From the NCBI GenBank assembly GCA_040954595.2, contig CM082577.2, positions 3,553,703 through 3,617,702 of the forward strand: 64,000 bases of DNA, written 5' to 3'. Origin of the DNA: Balanoglossus misakiensis (taxonomy: Eukaryota; Animalia; Hemichordata). The notes beneath the pieces are model-generated. The model worked only from the letters and a program-made list of their open reading frames with translations. It had not been told where the DNA came from and made no database searches. Positions 1 through 13,165 of the stretch are shown in pieces. Numbering within the stretch: the stretch's first letter is position 1; the number at the start of each line of letters is the position of its first letter. The position numbers were made by a program, and so were the translations under genes.

Positions 1-1014
1 GACTACTTTGGAGACTGAGCATGCTCAGAGGTGTCAACTACTCCCATGATGCTTCACTCTCAAAAAGAGGAAATATTAGTACAGAAACGGACGGTTAGCA
101 TCAGCTTTCACAACATGCTCTGTGGAAGATGTCTGAAAATGAAACTTGTTTGTGAGTTGAAACGAAAAAGGACAAATTAAAACAAACAGATGATAGCATT
201 AAACATTAAAGTAACAAAATATTAAATGAACAGTAAGTATGTTAAGTATGTTATAATTTTATAAACAACACTGTGAAATAAAAATAATGTCTGGATGTTA
301 AATAAATATTGGTAAATAAAAACAAGTGATGAGATTGACAGAGTGTTACAAGTCAGTATGTTAATAAGACAGTGACAGTGAGTGAGTGAGATGCGAGAAT
401 CTTTTGAAGATGACACTTAATGTCACATTATTGCAAGAGGACAAAACAAGTTTGTTATAAAAGTTTGTTATATTTTGCCACCCTGACGTAATATAATTGA
501 TTTAAATAATGCTCCTGCAATAATGTGATATCAAGTGACAAAAGATTCTCAATTTTTACAAGTCTGGAAGGAAAAATCAAACTTAAACAGTAAAAGAAGA
601 TTAGAGAGCTGAGCGTGATCATGGATTGGGTGGAACTTCTGCAGGTATTTAGACCTAAAGAATGGGGTTTAACAATATATTTCATCATTAAAAACTAAAA
701 ATTACACCTTGCCACCCCTTTGACACCTTTATTAATCAGCAAGTCCCATTGTTCCCCACTCAGGGTGACCACACTTCATGGGGATCAGAGGGGGTGCCTT
801 TTGTGAGCTGAAAGCCAAACATTCTTAGGTGAATAGTGACACTGATTTGACATTAGACAGACTGATTTTAATACAGGACAATTTTGCACATTCAGCCTAT
901 GAGCAGAGCGCCCTCAACATTTTTATTTTAATAGCAGTTTTATTCTTTTCAGTGAAACACACAGTGACACACACACACAAAGCAGCAAAACTGGTGTGAA
1001 GAACAAAAACGTAC

Positions 1015-4000
1015 CTTAGATAGATGATTCCCCACATGTAAGTTCTAAACCACATGGTGGTGCCACTGTTAGCTTGGTATTTACGTATAAGAATCGGATG
1101 TGGTACAGGTAACAGTCCAACCAATGTGCCATGCTGTAGAAACTTCAGGATTTCGCTTTCATCTGTCAGACCCCTGTCAATTGCAAAGTTTTGAGAGATT
1201 TTATCTTATTTGTGCTGATGCACTCCCTCTCTTCAATCATTTGAGGCTCAATCCTTGCAGATAAATATTATTTGCAACACTACACCCATTCTTGTGCTAA
1301 CAGATCCAACAGTAAAAGTTGGATGAATGCCTGTGTTGATCAGATCTTTAGTTTCATTTTAGAGCGAGGATAGTCTTGTACACTCAATGTGCATGCCATG
1401 AAGTCACTCAATCGCTCTTCAAATCAGCAAAGATCAGTCTGAGGTGTTACGTACTTGTCGATGCATATTTTCTCTACTTGTGGCACCAACACTTGCAGGA
1501 GTCTCATGATGGTCTGAAGCGGTAATTTCTGTTTCCAAGATTGCACCTGCGGAGTAAAGACATCCAGAAGTCTTGACTTAGAGTTTCTCTTTTAATAAAC
1601 ATGTGATGCCAAAACAACCTTTGTACTCACATCATCACAAAGAGTTTCTTTGATGACAAATAAATCAACAGACAAATTTCTGTTTTGACTACCTCTGCCT
1701 AAACTCTCCCTACAGCTTCATCTTTCTACCACTTACCCATTCAGTAGTCGGTCTCCATGTCTCGCTGGCGTTGGAGCCCTGTCTCTTCAGCACACTCTGG
1801 CTGTTACCGATGCTGATGGGCGAATTTGGTGAAGTGGGACTGCCGACGGACATCGGTCTGGCAGCCACTGCGTTCCCGGCCGGAGGCTTGAACTCCTCAG
1901 CTGCCGAACTCTCAGTGTCACTCGCGCTGATTGGACCAACCCCAGCCTGCACCAAGACACAAGTTCAATGGTAAAACCCACATCTTTAAACCACGATAAC
2001 TGATTAAAAACAGGATTGGTAGAAGCACAGAAACAGAGAAGGGGTTGTGAATTCCACATCCCTTTTCACACTGTAAACAGCACAGCACAGTTTGTATTAA
2101 GGAATCATCATACAGATTGACTAAATTTCTTCCAAAAGGTTAGAAAGGACGAAACCTATAGTCTCTGAACTTTTCAAGCAGACAAAGAAATTCATAGAAT
2201 GTGAAGAACATTGTTCCAAATGATCAAAACAAGTTTATCAAATCACTCCGAAACAGAAGAGCAAGAAAACCAAGGTGAGTGTTACAGAGAACACACGCAC
2301 ACAAGTTTACTGTACCTGAGGGCATGCAAGGGACACATGTGCATCAAGCTAGCAATGTTAAGGTGTGGGGGGAGAGAGGGATAAATATCAAGATTTCGAA
2401 TGGCAACCAAGGCTGAAGAATTATATAGTGACAGTTGCATACAAAATGGTCAGCCTGTTAGTTCATGAATTGGTTTGTTTTGCCCATCGCTGCACTGGAT
2501 TCAATGTATGATACAGACTGAACTTGGAAATGTTGTTGGACACACATTTTCGAGGTGAAAAACAGCACAGTAGATGATCTGTCACTACATTTTGTAACAT
2601 TCCTGAAAAATATCATTCTTGACTGACCTGGGAGTTCTCATCTGGAGGTTGCACTGCATGGGTAGCACCATTGGTTGCCAAGGCTTCAGTGGGTGGAGCC
2701 CCTAACTCGGTCCTTTCTGTCATTTTCTCCACACCTAAGTCACAGCAAAAAAGGAAATACATTTTTTCTTGTATTTCTATGTTGACTTATGAAAAGGGTG
2801 TATCACACAAGGTTTCTGATTTCCTCTACTCACCAGGAGTGGCTGCCAAGGAAGCCTTCAACGTTCCCGGTTCAGCCTCAGCTGCCGGAATGGCTCCTTC
2901 CATCATGGGTTCCACATCTCCGGGAGATGACGATGACGTTGACAGTTTCCGGCGCCGGCTCAGTGCTCTGCTGATCGACACGTGGTCCGTGGGTAGGTTG
3001 GCAAGCTGGTGGAACACACTCCGTTTACGGATGATTGTGTACACCAGATTGGCATTTCCTGAGTGGAGAGGAAAAAATAAAGCTTGGTCATCAGGATGTG
3101 TATATGCTAAGCCAAGACCAAGGCATGACAGCCACAATTCTGAAATTTTTCAACCCCCTAGATTGATGAATATTAGTACGCATGTACGCATAATTAGTGA
3201 CATTTTAAAGGCAGTTGGGGGGTACCAGTCACAGCAGAGTTTGCATCAAGTACCTGAAATCTATCTGTTAAGAATGCTGAAAAGCTATGGCGATCCTTAC
3301 CGTCAAACTGATACTGGATGATGTTGTTGAAGACTTCCAGGAGGAAGAAGACCAAGTGATGGTTGGTCGGGTTAGAGAACAGAAACCAGGGGGTGGAGAA
3401 GGCTTCCAGTAGATGTAACAGCTTGTTGGCTGCCACCATGGATAGACTCTTCAAATACGGCGACACTGTTGATTACCAACAAATTATTAAAGACACATGT
3501 ACACACATGTTTGGCATGTAGAAGTGCTGTATGTAGTCTGACTGCTTGGTTGGTTGCAAAGGGGTTTTATTTTGACCTCATTTAACCCTTGTTTTTCAGG
3601 AAGACAACATTTCCACTAATCAGGTGACTTTTTTCAGTAAACAGCACGTGTTAGATTCATAATTTCTACTTACCATTTACGATGATAGTTAATAGGCAGT
3701 CGAAGAGAGGCTGTAATCGCTGATGACCTGAAGTTATTATCTTGTGAAAAACCTGAGAGCGAGAGAGAGAGAGAGGGGGGGGGGGGGGGGAAGAGAGAGA
3801 GAGAGAAAGACAGAGATAGAGAGAGAGGGAGACAGAAAGAGAGACATAAACAGAGACAGAATGCACACAATAAATTAGTATTCTAATGAATTAAATCATA
3901 CATGTATTTCATGATTGATTCATTTGGAAAGAGTTATCTATCATCTTGAAGACACATCTTAAAATCACCAGTCGATAGCTAGCAGCTATGCCAAAGAATT

Positions 4001-7000
4001 CAGCAAAGATTGAATATAGATTCCACTTACGATAATGAGGAAATCAGCATGGGTGCCGGTGAACACAGGTATATCCATGGGCACTCGAACACTGTAGGGT
4101 TTGTTCAGACGAACACCGAAGTTGCGCTCACCGCTCAGCAAGAGGAGAATGAACACTCCGATGTGCATCAGACCGACACGCGCTGTGGAAAAGAAGACAT
4201 CAGTTGTTTATTCTGTGGCAATTTACTTTGGTAAAGTTACATGTGTATCTTTGGCCACCACAGGGACTGGGTAAGCGTTTGTTTTACAAAGTACTTTGGT
4301 TTTCCTTTGCATTGCATCTGACGTTGGGAAAGGTGTTCTGGTTGACAACTACTCCAATTAAATCTTGGTATTGAGGCAGTATCGCTGAAGAAGTCCACTT
4401 ACACTGGTCAGCCCTGGCATCGTTCAGATGATAGAGAATGGGAACCAGGATGTCTAAGACATCGCTGCTTTTCAAGACGTAGTAGAGGAACTTCTTGTTT
4501 GCGTCGCACATCTTCCAGAAGAGGACGAGCAACTCCTGATGGAAGTGAACTTTCTTGCAAGAGCCGGGCAGGTAGGTCTGAACGATATTGGGAAAAAAGG
4601 ATGGGTAGAATCATGTGTAACTGTCAACGACATAAAGGCTGACTGTTGTCTTCTAGATTGTGAATGTGTCATGCTTCATGGTACTAATAACCCCATCCAA
4701 CATGAACAGGAGAAGGCTGGTGATGTGAAAGTGCGCCCTCTACAGTTGAATAGTGCACTACCGATGTAATAGCACCCTCCCAGCCAATATGGCACTCCTA
4801 TATCAGATGCAATGGCAACTTCTAAATACCATACACTGTATAGATTCAGGACATGCAGTGGGTTGCACAGATCCTTCCTGTCTTCAGGCATACAGCTGGT
4901 AAATGACAAAGCCACCACTACTGACTATACTCACCTGAATGAGAGGATTATTCAAAAGTCTTGTCAACCCTCTCAGGATGAAAAAGAAATCTTCCTCTCT
5001 ATGGATTCTGGACAGGTAGTTTACAAACAGATTGTCTGGTAGTACCTGCTGTGAGGGAACAAAAGCAAATGCACCAGCTTGTCAGGTTACCATAGTTACT
5101 AAATATTTTCAAAGATACCCCTCCACTCCCCTCCCCTTTCTCTCAGTACATGTGTCTAGTCTACATCCATATATAGGTTGAAAGACAGCCAGAACATAAA
5201 ACTTATGAAGTCCTTCTGGTAACATAAAAGACTAGCTATGGGTCAAAGCCTGCATTATCAGGGGTATACATGTATACACTTATGAAGTCCTTGTGATAGC
5301 TTTACAGCAGATTTCAAGTGACACTGATTTTGAGGTCAGAGACGCCATTTTCCCAATGTGAATGGTCAGTAACTGTGTGAGACAGTGATCCTAACTCCGT
5401 TAACCACTGAATATTTGACTCCCTCACACTCACATCTCCAGCCTCCATGGACGTTCCGTTGGCCGTTCCATCCACCGTCACTGTCTGGCTCTGACCGGAG
5501 TCGTGGTCCAGCGTGACCACCAACAGCTGGGCGGCCACTTCCACCAAGGGCTCGCGGTAATCGTGGAACATCAGATGATTGTACGGGACTCCGTAGCCGA
5601 TGGGGTCGTACGCGCAAACCGTGTTGAGTAACGAAGTAAATAACGGCAACGCATGCCTGCAATTGAAAATGGCACTCAATTCATACGTCTGTGGCTGAAC
5701 ATTAATTGACAAACATCTGCAGATTATTCAATCAGTCAAGAAGGTAACCTCTGAACCAAGTCTATGCATACAAAAATAAATTTACATCTGTGATTTTTCA
5801 ACAAATGTGGTGGAATGGTCTTACCTGTTTTCTGAGGAACAGAAGTATGATATCCAAGGATTGGGGTTGCTGTGTGCATCAGCTGAGGGAGACAAATTAA
5901 GAGTCACACTTTTAGTTGATGGAGATTTGAATAACAGCAATAAATCCTCATGTTTGAATATTAATCAGCATCTCCATAAACTTGAACTTGGACTCACCCA
6001 CAGGAGGGAGGTACATGGCTTCTGAGAAACACGTCAACAGAAGCTTCAGCAGCTCGGTCCTGTTGATGTCCGCCTGGGGGAAATGAGGAGGAGAGTTGGC
6101 AAATCCCACTCCAGCTTCCCAGATGTACTCGCAGCTGTCGATGGACTGTGGGTCTTCCGGCTTATCCTGTGTGTGGGAAGACGGGATGTTCACAAAACAC
6201 ACGGACAAACATTGTGAGATGCACCAATGCACAGTAGGGACGTGTGTGAATAAATAACACACATGTAACAAGGGGTTTTCTGGATTTTGTTCCACAACCC
6301 ATATTTCAGTGGTCACCCACCCATTCTCCACACAGAGACTAGCATGGATTATTTTAACTTAGCTAAGGAGTCTGACCAATACTTTAAATTAGTCAGATCA
6401 GGGTTGGGCTCCTTAGCTAGGTTCAAATTATCCATGTTAGTCTCTGCGTGGAGAATGCCTATGTACCCCTGATCTCCAAGTGACCTATGATGTCATTTGG
6501 ACATTTTCTTCAAAAGATGAATTGGGATGTTACTCCACCAGGGCACAGATAAAACAACAAGATTTCACTCACCGGCCCACTTTTCTTGTGTGAGGACACA
6601 GTGAAATCTGGACAGAAGAGCAGATCCGCCAACGCATTGAGGAGAGACTGTGCCAAGGGTATGGACTCGCCATCTCGCTGTAATGTGTATGATAGAACAC
6701 GTGCTTAGATAATACTTTCATAACACTGCACATCCACCCGATTCATGCATCAAAGGGAACATAATTCATACAAAACTGAAATAAATCAAACTACTAATTC
6801 CAATATTCGCCACCCACAAAGCATATATATCAAGTTGAATGAAAGGGTCGGCAGATCATTGAAAGAGATGTTTACACTTTGAAATAAGCTGAGCTACAGA
6901 ATGAAGATATTATCAGCTTTGAATAACAATATTAAAAGAAGCAGACAGCCAGAAATAACACAGACATTTCATAGCGTTGTTTTGAAAGCGGCAGTGAGAA

Positions 7001-10000
7001 TATCGTGCTATGAAATGTGGTACAATTTACTGCTTTTTATGAAAATGCAGCCGATGTTAAACTTCGCAAATGTGGAATACTTTAAATATTACGGCAGCTA
7101 CATGTAGAAGAGAGCTATGTTGAAATTGCCAACAGAAGATTGATGGCTTCTGTCGCATTACAACATCTCTTAACCTTACCCACCCCCAAAGTTCCCTCAG
7201 AATATGTTACAGAAAGGCGAAATAATGAATGTTATCAGAAATTATATTATACCAGTATATTGATGGTGTAAATCACGCTATTTGATTGGTCGAGACACGA
7301 CACGTGACCGTGATATATTAGCCATATACCACAGTCATATATCATAGTCAAAGAAAATGCCTTTTTAAAATGTTTTATGCAAAGTTTCAATATACTGGCA
7401 TAATATAATAGCAATAAAACACCCCCAGCCATGGTATACCACTCGATTTTGACCAGTTCAACTCCATATACGCACTCGCTATCGCTCGTGCGTATATGTC
7501 GTGAACTGGTCAAAATCTCGTGGTATACCATGGCTGGGGGTGTTTTATTGCTTAAATAGAGAATGCCTTATCGGGTGACAGAGCTGTGAACAGAAGGGTA
7601 AGAATAGATTATGAATGGTCGTTAACCAAAGTCAATGTTATCTTATATCTGCACCAGCACCAGCAGCAAGCCAGAAGCAGCTGAAGCACACAGTAAAGGC
7701 CAGCACCCAAGATAAAGACACCACAATAAATGATGAGAAAGAAATAATTTCGGCTGTGTGAATAGAATTAGAAATATGGCACCCAAGACTCGTTTGATGA
7801 AGGGAAAAAATAGTGAGCTACACATTAGCTCTGCATCCAAAATTCATGCAGAATAGTGTAACATGTTCACTCAAAAACTTGAGAAATCACTGCAAACTTA
7901 GCAGAGAATGTAGAAGTGCACAGAAATAGTATAAAGATATGACACCTGTAACCAGTCCAGATCCTTCCAAAAATAGGCGTGAAAATGAAAGAGTTCTTGT
8001 TATGGTAAACATTCGACATATGGCGCCACAGTGTAAAAGTAAATATATGTATATACGTTAATGTTCAGCCAAGTCAGGGAAAGAATAAGGCATTTGAATA
8101 TACCACACTGAAAATGTGAATAATTGTAGCGACAAATGTTATGTCAAAGATATCACAATTATCAGAATTTTTTAATACTATGGAACATTATAAATTGATT
8201 TTCGAAATCTTTTCAGCAAGATAATTCAGGTCCTATGATGATCAACTCTCCGTTGTCATGGTAATGTTTTCAAGTAAATTTCAAACACACACACTCACAG
8301 AACAGTGTGGCAAGACGTCTGCTTGCAACACTTGTGTGATGCAGTATTTTGTACTGTTGAGTTTGATAATAAAAACATACTTCAGACATTGAATTTGAGT
8401 GGAAAAGTACTGGCTGGCATAAATCAAGGAATATTGACGGAATAAAGACGGACTAAGCCTTGTTGAATCCCTGACCTGGCCTCCCACACAAATACAAATT
8501 TCACTTCACTATATCATCATTTGAAGATTATGATCAGAGTATGAGATATGAACAAGCAGATAAACCCTGGTACCAGTCAGCCATAAAAACATCGCAGAAC
8601 AGCGGAATAATTAAAAACACCACAAGCAGGTATTTTCCCATTTTTTAAACACCATAATCTGCTAACGAATCTCTGACACTACAAAATCCGTAGCCGTCTT
8701 ATCTCAATTTAGTGTTCAGTTTCTCAATTTCTTTTTCAATATTGTACTCTGAGAGAATCTATTTTGAATATAATTCTTTCACAAATCCCTTCTTTTGCAC
8801 GTTTTAACGCTACATTCTGTGTGTCAGTAATCCGCCCTGAAAGACTTCAGAAAAAAAAAATTACTTTTTCTTTTTCGGTATGTTCGCTCGCTTGTAAATT
8901 CTGGTCCTTTTGAAAAATGTTATTTTACACAAAACATTTTAATTAATCGACCTATTCTCTCTCAAATGTTATTCACCACAACAGGATGTTCCATTCCAAA
9001 GAGAGAAAAGAAACAATGGGTAAAAAATTACAATAAAGGAGTACTATAAAATTATATGATGATCAAAATTTTACTCTCAAAAAGACTGCCTTTCAGAACC
9101 ACAATTTTTGTCCAAAAATAATAATATTATTTTTGATAATGATATAATCCACTTGAATGGGGAAAAAGTCAATTAGTCAGTTATAATTAATGTGTGTTAA
9201 TGTGATGTGCTCTATCAGGCTACTGCTTCGTATAATACTCCAATCAGCATGCATAATTGCTTTGGGTATTAACGCTCATTCCCATATCCATGATGCAGGT
9301 TTTTCTACTGCAGTACAGGCCAGACTCAGACTCTGGTATTAAATGGGAGGGTTATGCCACATGCATTATGCGGCCTCACATAATTACTCACCAAGTCAGT
9401 GGCACCTTCTGCATCCGACTGTCACAAAACAAAGTAACGAGAGAGAGAGAGATAAAAAAATATCCAGGCGGTTAGTACTTTAGAAAAACGTGCATTCTCT
9501 CTCAGTATCTCGAAACCACACAAAACACGCACGCTATGGTCGTAACAGCTGTGTAATGATGAATTTAGTGAGAAGTTAGTAGTATTCATTAGGAGAATTT
9601 GTGACATGAAATCATTCACACTTTCAGGAAAGGCCATTCCTGAAAAACACACACACCTGTCCATGCAGGAAATTATATGCACGAACATCATTTTCGCCTC
9701 TGACAACTGCTGCTAATCGATCGTTACTTTCAATTTCCTCAACGAAATTAAACTGCATGGAATGATAATACTAGTAACTTTATGCCTGTGTCTGCTACAA
9801 CAGAGAACACAAAATGCCGTACGCTGCTCTGAGGAAATATTCTGAGTCTTCCTAATTCGGTGCAAGCCAGACACTAAGCTTGTTTGTGACATATAGATCT
9901 GTACCATCCAACAGTAATAATATTAAAACTAAGGGTACTGATCTATTTTAGGACATTAAACTGAACATATGAAACATATTTAGGACAATAAACTGAACAT

Positions 10001-13000
10001 ATGAAAACTGATTTAAATGTTCTCTTCTGTCAGATTTTGGATTTTAATTCTGCCTTTCCCAGTATATAAATCCAACGAACACACCAATGAATATTCTTCA
10101 CACCTGCATACAAGGGTCAGATACACAGATACATTTTTCTAGGTACCTGGCAAAATCTACTATATACACGTCAATTCACAAGCCTGTTTCTCGCTCCTGC
10201 TCAAACTGAACCATGAATGCGTGACGCCACAAAACATTGAATTTAATTTACTTCGGCCATACAAACACAACTGATGATTGATTAATTAATTAACGACAGA
10301 TTAATTAACGACAGAGAGGAAGCCCACAGCAGAAGAGAAGCAATTATCAGCAGCAGAGACATGAAATGCTAAAATGTAAACACACACACCACATGATGAA
10401 AAAAATATCAAAAAGGATAAAAAAGAGCAGGGTTAGTAATAATGAAGCTTATTCAAAATTAATGAAAGGAGAAAAAAAGAAATAGCCCAACACCTTGGAG
10501 TCCTCATTGTCGCTACCAAAAAACTATAAACAAAAATAAACAAAAACAAGCAAAGGGAGAAATAAAGTGTTAGTATATAAACATGAATCATTGCAAATGA
10601 TAAATGATAACTATTTAGAGGAAAACCCAAAATACCACACCACAGAAATGAAATAAAAGAGAAATAATAAAATATGTTCAACCATTTATATTAGTCATGC
10701 CATGGAAATTGTTGCACTATATTAAACAGAAAATGTGGCTTATAAGTGGCTATGTTGAATCTTGTGGTAAATAAATACAAATCAACCTTATGCAGTTTTT
10801 GAATATAATTTATAATTAGATTTATTCTAGACTCTGAATTTTCCATTGTCTCGTTAGCAATCACACCAATTACTACAAGGTACTCTGACCACTTAACTGT
10901 GTACCAACCTAATTTGCATCCATCACTCTGAACTACCTTGCGTTATAATTATCCCCAGAGGAAAAGAATACAACTGTATTCAATTGATGCAAAATGAAGT
11001 CAAATGCAACACATTGGAGTCCTCTATTCCTTTGCAATTGTAACATATTTGATATTAATTTTCTTTTGAGAAAAAAATCAATAAGTCTTTCATTTGACAT
11101 GCCAAACCATTATTCCACCCAGACTGGGTGTATCAATAATTTCCTGTAGAGATAAAAATCCTCCATTGAACCGTAAAGCCATGTGCCCTTCCGACTCTCA
11201 CTTTTTTGTATCATCATTCTGATCCAATGACGCACAAAAATAAATTATTTTTTATATCAAATAATCAACCACTTCACGGGGCCTTTTCTTGTCAAAGAGA
11301 CAGAAATTTAATGACAGCGTTGTCAACAATCACATAAAACTTACACTGAAAAAAGACAATTGTATTTGAAAGGCATTTGAAACACTGCGTGTTGGGTTTC
11401 TAAATTTTGTGTCACTCCATACGTAAGTAGACCACTAGGATTAAGAATACCGCTTCATTCACCCTACCGTAAGCTATCAAGCTATTCTCCCTATATAATG
11501 ACCACAATGGGGTCCACCCGCAGATATGCAAATTGAACGTACCGACTGTCCCGGCAGACTGGTCCAGAAAAACCCTCGCCAGTCGGGATCTTCGAAGATA
11601 TAGGGCAGTATCCGCGTCAACAGTCTGACACAGTTCAAGACGATCTGTTGGTCCTTGGCTCCGGAACATCCCGTCTCTGATGCAGACACCAGCTTTTCTA
11701 CAGCCTGAAGATGAGAAAGCAAAATGTTCAAATACCCTAAAACGGGAAATTTTCACAAACGATTAATTTTCGCAAACTTCTGTAGGAATCTCACAGTGCC
11801 ATATTTACAATACCATCACTGATGGACAATTACAAATACCCCGCAATTTTCTGAAAATCTCCACCACCAACCTTGTAGCATAACGTTGCTAGATTTGCCG
11901 GCGACTCCTCTCGCAGTGCTCGTATTTCAGCCGCAGGTATCAAGGCGAAGACATCTTGTACGCTGGTCACCGTCTCCGCCCAGAACTGATCCCAGAATGC
12001 ATCATCGCCTGCTTCGACCGGCTGTAATGATTTAATCAGACAGGTGTGTTTTATGTGGCCAGAGAGACAGTATTTTGTTATATCAGATGGTTTATCTGCC
12101 AAATTACAGAGTTTCTAATTATATACGTTTACGAATTTCTTTTTCAAATTTCGGACACTAGATAAAACCAAGTGCACATCATTCAGGCATTCATACCCTG
12201 CTCGTCCTCAATGATATGTCGTTCCATCTCTGACTATATATTTGACTCCTCCCTTATATCTCAACGCAAAGTTCAAACCTGTATTGCCATGAATATTCAT
12301 GACCTGATTCCCATAGAGAATGACCTTACACACCATATATTGTAAATTTATTTGTTGAATTTTCTGAAATTATATACATGATCATTTTAAGTGTTTGCCT
12401 GCTGTATAGCAGGTACTCTGTCACATGTTAGGTTTCGACCATCTGTAACTTCATTGAAGTCACACATTAACCCAGATAATATGAATTTTTTTTCACTCAG
12501 TGAAAATTATGAAATTGATATGTTTGTATTGTCAGAAATAAACATGGGCGAGTATGATATGAAAAATGCTTTACTTGTATTGAATATTTGAACCTTCCCA
12601 TTTCATCCGAGGTTTTCTTGTGGTCACCATGGATGTTTAACTCCCAGTGCACAGTACATGTGTGTATTACGACAGCGGTGTCATGATGGCCAGCCGTGAC
12701 GTGGACAGGGCTTTCAAAAGGCTTGTACACATGTACAATGATATTGTACACACATATACAGCCCAATATTCTAATATAAACATTAGGACACATCGTCTTC
12801 CGCGTTATTGCCAACATTAAAATTGTTCAATATGCCCTTCTTATAACCAGGCGTTTATTCTGAGTCTGATCTCCTAACCAAACAGAGTGATCAATTCCGT
12901 CGTCCTAGAAAATCGACAGTATTAAAAGTGGTCGTACGTCACAATCTCCATTGATTTCAACGTATGCGAACACCGGCCATATTTATTTTTACCGATCGCC

Positions 13001-13165
13001 GCCGAAGCTCGCCTTCGTGGTTTCCCTCATCGGTTGGCCGTGTGTTTCTCTCATTTCAGAGATTAAATGTCAAATATTTATAACCAGTTACCACATTACC
13101 TGTGTTTTCGTCGTCAACTGGATTACAGCCTTGCGAAAATTGAGTTTTGAGTCAGTTCCTCCCAT
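1015..13165 (-). CDS. HID1: HID1 (Golgi / dense-core vesicle biogenesis protein), multi-exon; final exon lies off the left edge
   Basis: GT-AG exons with consistent phases: 13165-13100 (MGGTDSKLNFRKAVIQLTTKTQ, N-myristoylation-type MG start), 12021-11872, 11704-11543, 6677-6573, 6166-5998, 5882-5825, 5656-5434, 5048-4935, 4577-4403, 4182-4031, 3752-3674, 3465-3301, 3058-2834, 2734-2628, 1946-1737, 1546-1455, 1173-1015. Peptides IDSCEYIWEAGVGF, SGERNFGVRLNKPY and GLLPVPHPILIRKYQANSGT are recognisable HID1 sequence. Confidence 0.95.
7241..7552. mobile_element. Non-autonomous element with two abutting inverted-repeat structures
   Basis: 23-bp IR with 1 mismatch (7241-7263 / 7387-7409), followed directly by a 143-bp near-perfect palindrome 7410-7552 (agcaataaaacacccccagccatggtatacca...tggtataccatggctgggggtgttttattgct). 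Confidence 0.6.
9392..9418 (-). CDS. HID1: Candidate 27-nt alternative microexon of HID1 (SDAEGATDL)
   Basis: (TC)n-rich tract + tgacag acceptor, gtgagt donor, phase 0-0 matching the host intron, no stop; TGCATG at 9360-9365 and 9248-9253 downstream on the - strand. Confidence 0.65.

Noticed and set aside
2305-2330. ccctcag|gtacag site in a HID1 intron as a microexon or recursive splice site
   Set aside because: The only usable exon would be 5 nt and frameshifting, with no compensating partner; the intron is short.
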